DNA of 61,789 nucleotides, counting the filler, from Globobulimina sp. (Eukaryota): NCBI GenBank assembly GCA_003354225.1. It is 15 parts of 15 records of this genome, joined end to end, with 100 filler letters (N's around TTAATTAATTAA, not from the genome) between each part and the next. Parts side by side here need not be neighbours in the genome. Positions count along the whole stretch, not along the records: positions 1 to 4,034 come from PIVH01001707.1; positions 4,135 to 8,166 come from PIVH01001708.1; positions 8,267 to 12,298 come from PIVH01001709.1; 12 more parts are not named here. One strand, 5' to 3'. Position 1 is the stretch's first letter; each line of letters starts with the position of its first letter. The translations under genes and the position numbers were made by a program. Under the pieces are notes generated by a model. That model saw only the letters and a program-made list of their open reading frames with translations. It did not search any database and was not told the DNA's origin. Below, piece after piece: positions 1-11,200 of the stretch.

Positions 1-256
1 ATGTGGTTATTCTCACTCATATGTGGAAACAGAGCAAGGACAACACTATTTATTTGGAGGCAACCATTGGAGTCAATGTACATTGATGGAAAGTGATCTG
101 GAAAGAAGAGATCGGTTCGGCAGTCTTATTTCAAACCATGTATTGTCACCTCTCAAAATGAATGAAATTATGGATCAAATATCACAAGGGAAATTAGTCA
201 AAAACATATTTTTAGGCGCACATGACACTTACATTATATTTCAGAGACCAGAATGA
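1..256 (+). CDS. 3' fragment of an RCC1-like repeat protein (5'-truncated)
   Basis: HYLFGGNHWSQCTL ... IFLGAHDTYIIF resembles an RCC1 blade (FGxNxxxQ ... GxxxT). Confidence 0.45.
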   Translation, partial: CGYSHSYVETEQGQHYLFGGNHWSQCTLMESDLERRDRFGSLISNHVLSPLKMNEIMDQISQGKLVKNIFLGAHDTYIIFQRPE

Positions 257-1155
257 ACACCAAATTGACAAACGGTGTTTCTCTTATCATCCTCTTGTAA
301 TAGTCTTGCTGTTTCTAAGTATATATATCCCTATCACAGTTGTGGAGTCGACACTGGAATTGTTCATTGCATTTCTGGCTGTGATCTGACACTGGAATTG
401 TTCAATTCAAAATAAATTGGCTTTAGGACATATTATGACATTTCGTGTTTGATGAAAAAGTTTGAAGATTTTGCAGTTGCCACAGTAAACCTCGACGTTG
501 AACGTTCACAGAATTAGAAGCAAAATATCTCTACATTCGAAATCATGGCTTGCATGTATGGAATAGTTATAGCAATTTTAGTATTGTCAGGTGCTAAAAA
601 TTATCTTTTATCTTTCCATCGCATCAAAATAATGTATTATACAATGTTAGATTATTACAACAGATAGTTGAGTAAATGTGTGTAAAATCTAATTGTTGCA
701 TAATCGTGTTATTCGGATGTCGGATTATAAAAATCCATATCTCTACTTTTCAAGAATTCAAACAATTCATTCAATACTATTTGATGCAATTATTATCAGA
801 TGGTGGTGCAGGCACTGTTAATGCAGCAAGCATTGCTCATGCAATACAAAATATGATTATTTGAAACTAACAATAAATATATGACAGTACACTTGTGTAT
901 ATCATAAATGTAAAACATTAAATATTTGTGTTATCTGTTAAATAATAATTCCGATTAGATACAATATACAAAAAACAACTTTTCCCATAAATGTAGTTGA
1001 TGGAATCTTGTAATATATAGAAAGTCAGAATGTTTTGTAGCCGGTGCTTTGCTTTCTATATGTTGTTGTTCTCAGGACCCTCTACTTTACTTTTTTTAAT
1101 CCTCAAGATACTACTGATACTACACCTCAAACCAAAAACACTTTCTAATTGCCTC

Positions 1156-2715
1156 ATGGCACATTACGCTATACCAAATTGGTGTTTTCCAGTATTTATC
1201 GGTTTAACAGTGATGAATGAATGCGTATTATTACCAATAATGATATATTACACGCACAAATTTTGGAAATTGCGAAATGATATCTTTTTTGCTAAACGCA
1301 GACCAGTATTAATATTAACATCAATCATTTGTATGGGAATTAACCCTTTACTAAGACCACTGATGTTATATGAATATTGGTATAGTGGTTCGGACCCATT
1401 CTGGATCAAAATGATGAATTTCTGGCCATATGCATTAGCATTCACAGTCGCATTCTTACGTTTTTGGTTAACGCTCTATGATTTTAAATATAATGAAGCA
1501 ATATATTTACAAACAATACAAAAAGAAGTTTTAAAAAATGACAAATCATTACGACTTGATACTACATCTGAAGAACTATCAACTATTGAAAAAGAAATAG
1601 ATACCAACACTAATAACTCAATTACAATCAATTCCGGCACCAAAATCCTTAAAGTAAACACTGTGAGTCATTCAGAAACAGAACAACAAACTGACGCAAA
1701 AAACAAAGAAACACACTCTGAAAAACCGGACATTTCGTGGTGGATTAAAAATAAATCTTTATTTGGCACATTTAAAGCGTCATTAATTGCAGCTTCGGCT
1801 GTATTTTTTACATATTTAATAATTGCGATATTTCTACGGATCGTATCAAGAACATATTGCTTAATATTTCAGTTTGTATATTTGGGAGTCATTGTACTGT
1901 TTACAGTATGGTCCAAACGGCAAATATCAGCATATAGGGATGAATTCTATATTGGTGAAGAATTTAATGTAATTTCCAAGCCGGGCGTAATATTTGTGCT
2001 AACCTGGGGTTTATCAAACATTGTCGACCCTTTATTCCCGCCCTTATCACGCATTATATCCACTATTATAGCATTCGTCGCGACGTCGGTTGGTTTATCA
2101 ATGTATACAGTGATTGGTTTATCGTGGGCGATAAATAAATATTTTCATGTTTATAAAATAGAGAATATGATAACACAAATTAATTCCGATAATAAAAGTA
2201 ATAATCAGATTGGCATCCATATAAACCAATGTATTGCACATAATGATGGATATTATTTGTTTTTTGAATATTTGATTGGTGAGTTTAGTGTGGAAAATCT
2301 GGAATTTATAACCGATGCTATATGGGTTAAACAAAAGTTTGATAAAACTAAACGATGCTCGCTTCATAGGAAACATGTTGAATATCAAAGTGGTTCGTTT
2401 GAATGGCCACAACTGCCATCGGCTATGCATCAATCGGAGATTATGAAATTGGATAAGTTGTATGATGCGATAATAAGTATACATGATTTGTATGTGGTGG
2501 AGGGAGCATTGAGGGAAATAAATTTATCATTTAAATTAAGAACAGAGATGAAATCTAGAATGAATTTTATCTGCGTAAATGAGAAAACATTAAATGTTGA
2601 TATTTTTGATAAGTGCATTGAAGAGGTTTTATATTTATTACGAGACGCTTATACACGATTTACGACTACAAAAAAATATCAGATATTTGCAAATGCAATG
2701 AATAATGAAAAGTAA
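1156..2715 (+). CDS. Multi-pass (about 7TM) membrane protein with C-terminal RGS domain
   Basis: Hydrophobic helices, then RGS motifs GYYLFFEYLIGEFSVENLEF, YVVEGALREINLS, IFDKCIEEVLYLLRDAYTRF. Start placed at MAHYAIP. Confidence 0.85.
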   Translation: MAHYAIPNWCFPVFIGLTVMNECVLLPIMIYYTHKFWKLRNDIFFAKRRPVLILTSIICMGINPLLRPLMLYEYWYSGSDPFWIKMMNFWPYALAFTVAFLRFWLTLYDFKYNEAIYLQTIQKEVLKNDKSLRLDTTSEELSTIEKEIDTNTNNSITINSGTKILKVNTVSHSETEQQTDAKNKETHSEKPDISWWIKNKSLFGTFKASLIAASAVFFTYLIIAIFLRIVSRTYCLIFQFVYLGVIVLFTVWSKRQISAYRDEFYIGEEFNVISKPGVIFVLTWGLSNIVDPLFPPLSRIISTIIAFVATSVGLSMYTVIGLSWAINKYFHVYKIENMITQINSDNKSNNQIGIHINQCIAHNDGYYLFFEYLIGEFSVENLEFITDAIWVKQKFDKTKRCSLHRKHVEYQSGSFEWPQLPSAMHQSEIMKLDKLYDAIISIHDLYVVEGALREINLSFKLRTEMKSRMNFICVNEKTLNVDIFDKCIEEVLYLLRDAYTRFTTTKKYQIFANAMNNEK

Positions 2716-2991
2716 CTATAGCTAATAAAAAAATACTCCTACTCGTATTATTAGGGTTTTTTAATTTTTTTTGTGATGTTTTGTGTGATGTGTATATTTG
2801 AGAAAACTCGATCCGTTTCCGTATATTTTATGTATTCCGTCAGAACCCATAATGTTTCCATGGAAACAACGGCATAGATGTGGTAAATTAACAATTAAAA
2901 AAAAAAAATTATAATAATTACAATTGATATAATAAACTGTAATGAGTCCTACAAATTGCAGTGCAACATAGCTGAAACGCAATACAATTTG

Positions 2992-3528
2992 TTAATCAAT
3001 TAGGTGTTTCAACATTTTATTGTCATATATAACTGAATAGAATAATGAATTTACAATAGTGAGGTGAACATGCATCATAACATGACATTTTGATGCATAA
3101 TCTTTTTTATGTTGAAGTCCGAAATATATAGTTACAAAATACAATGATATAAAAGATAAGACACCAAAATAGATATACCAATTCCACTGATACTGATTTA
3201 AAATACCGTATGCATACCAGACATGATATACTGATGTAAATTGTGCCTGAATTAAATCCATTGTTCGTCTGATTCCAATAATAGGATCTCTCCAATGATT
3301 AAAAGAAAAGAATACAGTAATTATGTTAATAACACCTATGTCTATAATTCCATAAAAGAATGCAACCAATGCTGCTATGCCCATAAATAATGATGAAAGT
3401 TGAAGGCGTTTTGCATAATGTTGTGGATACATAACAATCACTGATTTTTTTTGCTCTTTCAAGGATAAATTACTGTTGCTTCTTTTTAAATATTCATCCA
3501 ATGCAATATTAGTAATAAAGTTGATCAT
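2992..3528 (-). CDS. Small multi-pass membrane protein, possible CREST-like hydrolase
   Basis: FSFNHWRDPIIGIRRTMD and CHVMMH (SxxH, D, HxxxH) within hydrophobic helices. Confidence 0.55.
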   Translation of the reverse strand: MINFITNIALDEYLKRSNSNLSLKEQKKSVIVMYPQHYAKRLQLSSLFMGIAALVAFFYGIIDIGVINIITVFFSFNHWRDPIIGIRRTMDLIQAQFTSVYHVWYAYGILNQYQWNWYIYFGVLSFISLYFVTIYFGLQHKKDYASKCHVMMHVHLTIVNSLFYSVIYDNKMLKHLID

Positions 3529-3582
3529 TATATGTTGCAGCAACACTGGTTAAGTAAACCTATAAAAAAAACAATCTTTTCA

Positions 3583-4034
3583 ATGGCTGCAGCTATTAGT
3601 AACACAGTGTTAATAGCTGATGGTAAACATACTGAACACATTAAAGATGAAAAGCATGCGTTGACGAAGATTGATATTGCATTTATTTTGGATTGTACCG
3701 GCAGTATGCAACCATATATAGAATCTGCACGAGATAACATCGTTGCCATAGCAAATAAAATCCAAACAGAATGTGAAAATTGTGATCCATCATTCGGTTT
3801 GGTTTTATATAGAGATATTCCAAGACATTTTGATGTATCACATCCTGAAGACAATGTAAATGGATTTATAACACAAATATTCCAATTCACGCCCGTTCCA
3901 TTCCAAATTGAATTAAAATTGCACAGTGTAGATGCATTAGGTGGTGGTGATACGCCTGAATGTTTAACCTCTGCATTATATGCATGTTTAACCCAATTAA
4001 ATTGGGCTAAAACTAGCATTAAAATTATCATCAT
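3583..4034 (+). CDS. VWA-domain protein (vwkA/alpha-kinase-associated type), 3'-truncated
   Basis: IDIAFILDCTGSMQPYI (MIDAS), GLVLYRD, GGGDTPE. Confidence 0.8.
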
Positions 4035-4134
4035 NNNNNNNNNNNNNNNNNNNNNNNNNNNNNNNNNNNNNNNNNNNNTTAATTAATTAANNNNNNNNNN
4101 NNNNNNNNNNNNNNNNNNNNNNNNNNNNNNNNNN

Positions 4135-4367
4135 CGTTGATTGGAAATTGGTCTGATGAATTTTGAATATCTTTCAATTTCCTGTACTGTGTTTTTGTTG
4201 TATTTTAGCAGAAGCCATTCGCCCTCGATATCATTAAATATTTTGATAATTTGTGCATCAAACCATTTGCATTCTGAACGCGAATAGACTTCACACTCAT
4301 CCCCTATATTCAAATGATATTTGTTCCCATCAATGCAGACATTGCCTAGGCTCTCTACAATATCCAT
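4135..4367 (-). CDS. 5' fragment with a Tudor/Agenet-like beta-barrel
   Basis: IGDECEVYSRSECKWFDAQIIKI...EWLLLKY; runs into the spacer. Confidence 0.5.
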
Positions 4368-4403
4368 GATTAACTGGGAAAAAATCACAATTTTATCTGC
4401 AAC

Positions 4404-7400
4404 ATGATAACTCTAAGAAATCATGAAATATACGCAAATATCAAAGATAGGTATGCAGATATTGTATATTCGTTTGATTTTGAAAATATGAATGAATTTG
4501 GGAGCAATGAACTTCGATTTGAGGTAACAATCGATCCAAATGCGTTTATCTCACGATTTGAAGCAAATATTGATGGTGAAATATTTGTTGGTATAACAAA
4601 GGAAAAACAAAGTGCAGCAAAGGAATATAATGAAGCCAAAGAAGATAATTTAAACACAATTTTAATATCTCAGCCACACACAAATATACCAAATGTTTTT
4701 CTGATTCAAACTAATATTGATTCAAAAAGCAAAATATTATTAACAATTCAAATTGAACAATACTTACAGAAAAAATGTGAATTTAATATTATCGATATCC
4801 AAATATTACGCAATTTCAATAAATATAATATTAAACAGAATTTCAATGCAATTAATTTTAAATTGAATATTGAAGACATGAGTGGTATTTACGATATTCA
4901 TATTTCAATGGTAAATCCCAAAGATATAGTAATTGGCAAACATGTTCTCGATAAAATGAGTCAAAAATGTGAAATTCATGGTAAAATTTTGACTTCCTCG
5001 ACATTGAATGAGTTGATATTAAAATACAAAATCAAAGGCGAGCAAAATGATTCACATATTTTATTTGATAACAATTCAAATACGTTTTGTCATATTATCT
5101 CTGACATATTGAGTGATTCGATAATTATCAATGACACAGATGATGAAGGAAAACATGACGAGTTGAGAGAGAATATATTAATACCTCGACGAGTTATGTT
5201 TGTTATTGATCGTTCAGGTGTTTTAATCTTCTTTTGTTGTTTTTCCTTAATAATTCAACATGAATTGCTAAAAAAGGAAGTATGGCTGGATCGAAATGGG
5301 AAAAGACGATATCATCCACCGTTATCGCAATAAAACAATTAAGAAAAGGATATGACAGATTTGGTATTATTTTATTCGATTCGGCAATACAACTATTACC
5401 ATACAATTGTATTCGGGGATGTTTGTTGGCGAACGATAAGAATATATCCGATGCAATTAAAGCATTACAAAATGCAAAAACAGGAGGAAGCACAAATATT
5501 AATGATGCCTTGTTAAAAGCAGTCGAATTAATTAAAATGGACATATTGCTGTTGAATAATGATGAATGCTGTCAACATAATTTTTTTGTTAACCAAATAA
5601 TATTCATAACTGATGGTGCTCCCAATGTATGTTTAATATTCAAAACTATTCTAACAATTTTATATTTTATTTACAATATGCTCTCTTTTCAAGAACGGGG
5701 AACGTAATCCAACGAAGATTGTGACTAATATTAAAAATGCAAATGATTTAAGTAAAATTGATAAGTATCACCCCACAATATCGATATTTTCGTTTGGTAT
5801 TGGAAAGGATGGGAACGATTCTGCGTGGATTCATGATTTAAATCATTCATTTTTGAAAATATTGTCGTTGAATAACAATGGATTTTATCACAGAATTCGA
5901 CAGAACGCTGCTGATTCTGCCTTGACGCAATATTTTAATATTTTATCAAAACCATGTTTCTCAAATATTACCGTTGAATATCATGATCAAAATAAAACCG
6001 TTTCTGATTTAACAAACACCAAATTCCCTGTGCTATATTTCGGAACGGATTTAATTATTTGCGGCAAAATTAATAATTCAAATATGTTGTCGTTGACAAT
6101 AAAAGCAATCACTGGCAAGCAAATGAAACAAAACAACAAATTCATAACAACCCCTGTGAGTATCTCAAAAGAGATGAAAATTGATATCAGCTCACATGAT
6201 AACGATAACGCAAATAATGCTGAACGAATATGGGCATATTTAAAACTTCGACAATTTGTTAACGAGAAATTACTGTACAATGATATGATTGAAATGGATG
6301 CAAATGAACAAAAAGAGAAAGAATCAGTGCCATTAAAATTAGCATTAAAATATAAATTTGTAACACCTTGGACGTCTATGATTGTCGTCAAAAAAACTAA
6401 ACAAAAATTAAAAAAACCGCCATTACAACCAGCCATTGAGTCCATTACTAATCCAAGTGATGGCAGATTAAAAAAATTGGTGGATGCGCCTGAATTTATA
6501 CCCACACCGCGCGGTCCATCAAATAAAGAACGACAAACAGTAAGCAATGCGACTTATTCAATATTAGATCAAGTAGGGTTTAAAAAACGGAGATCACCAA
6601 CCAGCAGCAGAGCAGCTCCACGTTCATTGAGTTCATTATCACATAGCAATGTAGCTCCGCCTTCATTTAGTTCAGCTCCACCTTCTAAAGAAACATTGGC
6701 CAAAGTAGCTACTCTAAAAAAAAGAGTGGAGTCAACAACTTCTGCTCGTTTAAGCAATGTAAATCAAAGACGATTAAGACGATTAAGAACATTAGGAAGG
6801 GAGTCAAGCAACGCAGTAATATCAGAGAGAGATTTGATGTCTGCAACAAATGCGGTGAAACAAGCAAGTTTGAATGATTTTACATTGATGGGCAAATGTG
6901 GTACATTTGGTGAGCTCATTCTTGTCAAACATAAAAAAGAAAATATGATATATGCCATGAAGAAAATTCAACAACATATTATTGTAAAAAGAGCTTTCAT
7001 AGTTTCAGCCGATTCACCATTTTTGATCAAAATACATTTTTCAATTCGAGAGGATGGACTTTTATATTTGATTATGGATCATTATGAAGCAGGAAGTTTA
7101 ATGCATTTATTAATGAAACACAAGGCATTGACTCAACAGGAAACAAAATTTTATATTGCACAGTTAGTGTATGCCATAAATGCTGTTCATGAGTTAGATT
7201 ATGTGCATAGAGATTTAGCACCAACAAATATATTAATTACAAGTAGTGGACATATTAAGTTGTGTGATTTTGGTATAAAAGGATTTGTGGAAAATGATAA
7301 AATTATGTCAAAATATAAGGAAATATCTGGTACTGATTTATTAAATGCGTTACAGTTTGAACAAAATGTAAAATTTAAATATGGTCAACGATATTTGGCT

Positions 7401-7832
7401 GTTTATGGATTTATACGAAATATACATAATAAGGAATATCGGGTGAGAGATATTATTGGTGTGGTATGTAATTATTATCATATCTTATCAAGTATTAATT
7501 ATATTGCTCCTGAAACACTTCGTGACAGAGGTTATGACAAAATGGTAGATTTTTGGTCCATTGGTATTATTATGTTTGAATGTTTGGTGGGATATCCACC
7601 GTTTTATAGTAATGACCCATTACAAATTTGTAGGAAAATAATACATTATAGAAAGTATTTTAAAATTACAAGTGATATATTATTGTCAAAGAACTGTAAA
7701 GGTTTAATATTTAATTTAGTATGTTCAAATCGCAGAAGATATGGTTTTAATCAAATTAAATCTCATCCATTTTTTAAAGGAATAAATTGGAATAACTTAA
7801 TGTCATTAAAACCACCATTCCTTCCATTGTAA
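4404..7832 (+). CDS. VIT + VWA (ITIH-like) + NDR/AGC-type kinase fusion; introns 5218-5276 and 5627-5693
   Basis: Splicing restores VIDRSGSMAG and ITDGAPNNGE in frame. VIT N-terminus, AERIWAYL and FVTPWTSMIVV as in ITIH; kinase motifs YAMKK, HRDL, DFG, YIAPE, DFWSIG. Confidence 0.85.
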
Positions 7833-7892
7833 ATAAAATAAGTACTTCTCAAACCATAATGCAGAACTGTCTGACAAAATCCTTTTTGACAA

Positions 7893-8166
7893 ATGACAAT
7901 GGCAGCCGGCACAGAGTATCATAAAAATCTGATCTATCAACGAATTGATGAAGCCACATCAGTCAATGATCTTATTCCAATCTTACAATTGATGGAATTG
8001 CAAATGATAAAAAATATAATAAAAAGTCAAATGGAAACCATAAAATTAAACGAGAGATCAAACATATTTTATTCATCCTTATCAATTGAAACAATATTCC
8101 CAATGGATATTATTCAACATATTACATCTTTTAATAAGTTATCAGATATCAAAGCAGTCAGTAATA
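7893..8166 (+). CDS. 5' fragment with an F-box-like motif
   Basis: LSIETIFPMDIIQHITSF...IKAVSN; truncated by the spacer. Confidence 0.5.
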
Positions 8167-8266
8167 NNNNNNNNNNNNNNNNNNNNNNNNNNNNNNNNNN
8201 NNNNNNNNNNTTAATTAATTAANNNNNNNNNNNNNNNNNNNNNNNNNNNNNNNNNNNNNNNNNNNN

Positions 8267-11200
8267 ATCCAACATTGGTTGAAGCTATACAAAGAACAGT
8301 TGGATTATTACAAGAACAATGTGTACGGCGGCGGACGGTACCAATCCTCAGTGTTACATCGGGAGTCTATCCGTGGCGACATCGAGAAGCAAATCAAGAA
8401 AGATTACAATAAGAAGCGACGTGGCTTAAAGTCCAAATTAGAAGTTGCGATTAAGGCGCTGCAAGACGCCAAGCCGCAAGACCAGAAAACCACCACTTTG
8501 ACCAACTTCGTGTACAAACAGAAGGGTTTCATGAACAACTCGGAGAAGTATACCATTACATACACGATGCCGACCGTGGTGCCGCCCAGCTATTACATGC
8601 AATTTATGAGCATCGACCTGCCCAACACCGGCGAGGATCTGCGCATTGCCAATATGAAGAATATGCGCTTTGAAATGCCGCAGACGGACACCTTGATTTT
8701 CCATCAGATGATGGGCAATGGAGAGACGATTATGTTTATCCGCCAGGACGACGAGCAAACCAAGGAGACCAAGACCAAGATCATCGCGTCGCATTCGCGC
8801 GTCTTGGCCGTGGGACAGTCGCCGTTGAAGGAGTTGAAGACGAAGGGCGTGCGCATGGTGGCTTACTGCGAGGCGCAGAAGTTATTTGCCATTCTGATGG
8901 ACGATGTGTTGGGTTTCTGCATCTTCCAAGACGGCGGGCGGATAAGTATCACCAACAAACGGTGCGAGCTCCGCGACATCGCGTGGTGGAACATCAAGTT
9001 GCAATACAAGGCGTTGATGGTGGAGGAGATCAATAAGAATATCTGGGTGTGGCTGATTGACGAAAAGAATACGGTCCGCGCCTTCGATTACGATGCCGGT
9101 TCATGGGACTCGGCCAAGGAATTCCAGCTCGATCAGTCGTACGAATCGTACCAATTGTCGCCGAAAGGCTCGTTTTTGATCACTTTGAAGCACCAATATC
9201 AGGAAGATCTCGTCGAGGAGGAAAAGAAGGAGGAGGATGAGGAGAAAAAGGAAGAGGAGAACGCTGCGGCAGAGGCGCAAAAAGCCGATGCGAGTGCTAA
9301 AGGGAAGGCGGACGACGCCGATGCTGCAAAGGCCAGTGGTACGCCTGGCGATGTCGATGCGGCTAAAGCAAAAGCAGCCGATGCCGGTGGTACGCCTGGC
9401 GGAGCCAAGGCGGTGGATGCCGCGGTTAAGGTGGTAGACGCCGACGATGCCAAAACTAAGCCGGCGGATGCGAGTGATCCCGACGCCGCGGCCAAGGCGA
9501 AAGCAAACGTGCCGTTACCGATTGAATATGCCCGCGAGGACCTATTGACGTATCAAGATTCGTTGGCGATGTATGATAACGATGCAGTGACTACACACGA
9601 GCAGCATTATATTATCCGGCTGAAATTTAAGGACCAAAAAGGTGTGGAATGGACCTTGGTTGTATATATTGAACGGTCAGGCACCACGGTTCAAGGAATG
9701 TGCGTCGATAAATTCCCGTCCGATGTGAATGCATTGATGAATAAAACCGATCCGAATGCGAAGAAACCGGCGGATCCAAACGCCAAAGTCGACCCCAATG
9801 CGAAAGTCGATCCAAACGCCAAAGTTGACCCAAATGCCAAAGTTGACCCAAATGCAGCGCCCGCAAAGGCAGTGGCGGCCAATGGCAAAGTTGACAAAAT
9901 TGCAGGTTATTTATTACCGGCTGGCACTTTAAAATTCAAAGTGGCGGAATGGGCCGGTATGCATCCGAAAGTTATCACGTTCCCCAAATTGAGTGGGGTC
10001 AAACTACCCAGTCCATTGCCGACTGACGCGCCCGATGCGGCCGCCATTGCGCAGAAAAAACAGGACGAAGAGAAGAAGGAAGCGGAGGCGGAAGCGGCTA
10101 AAAAAACGGCGACGGGTCGTATTGAGTTGCACGCATATTTGTTGTTAGAGAAAAAAAAATTGGAGTACGTAGTGCATGCCTCGTCATTGACGGGCTATGA
10201 GAAAGGCGACGAGAAAGAGTATAAGAACACAGATAAGGATAATGACGATTTTTTGCGTGTGAGTTGTGTGCTAATCCCGGACTCCTTTACCACCATTGAT
10301 GACTATATCAAATTTGACCGTATTTATGTGATGGAGTCCAACAAAAAAGACGATATGTTGCTGTGTACCATCACGAAAGACGCGAAATTGTTATACCACC
10401 CATTGACGATCCAAGTGTCTGAGGCGAGAATGCGTATTAACGAAGCCAAAAAGAAGCAGACCATCCGTAAAATCACCAAATTGGACTATATGGAATATAT
10501 GATTGAGAAATTCGGGTCGCGAGCGGCCATCTTCTACCCCGAAGACGATTCGTTGTGCTTACATACGACGTATATCATGAAAGAACAGGCCCAAAATGCG
10601 GATAAGTTATGCAGTCAGATCAGCGAGAAAATATGCAAATCCTTAGAGGACAAAGAGAAGAAAAACTTTTCGCATTTGAGTTGGGACTGCCACGTGTTGC
10701 AAAACGAGGACCGCATCGATCCCATGGTGGTGTTGAAGGGCATTCGCAACAAACCCGCGTCTACGAAGGGCGACCAATGGATCAAGAACTTGGTGACACA
10801 GATTCCGGTGCAGATTTGCCGTGGCAGCAACAACAAATTCCAATTGATGTACAACGGCGAAGATAACCAACAAGAATATGTATTGGCCACCGACGCGTAT
10901 GGCCTATGCAAAGCGATTCGGTTCGGAGGCTACGACGGATTGATCAAATCGTGGGAGGGCGACATCAAAGTGGTGACCTCGATGGGTAAGCAGAGTACGG
11001 GCAAATCGTATATGTTGAACCATTTATTTGGTACTAAGTTCGATATCTCTGGCGGTCGTTGCACCGACGGAGGCTGGCTATCGTGCAAAATCATCGACGA
11101 TATACTGTACATTGTGTGCGATTTCGAAGGCTTGGGCTCATTCGAACGGTCGCCGCAGGAAGATATGTTATTAGCTACTTTCAATTCGGCCATCAGTAAT

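Noticed and set aside
350-404. 17-bp direct repeat GACACTGGAATTGTTCA (350-366, 388-404)
   Set aside because: Only two copies and no associated genes; most likely a local duplication.
545-864. Possible small spliced gene (MACMYGIVIAILVLS...)
   Set aside because: I could not build a confident exon chain or recognise a domain.
9749-9856. Similarity of DPNAKV repeats to Plasmodium CSP NVDP/NANP repeats
   Set aside because: Low-complexity convergence; no other CSP features.
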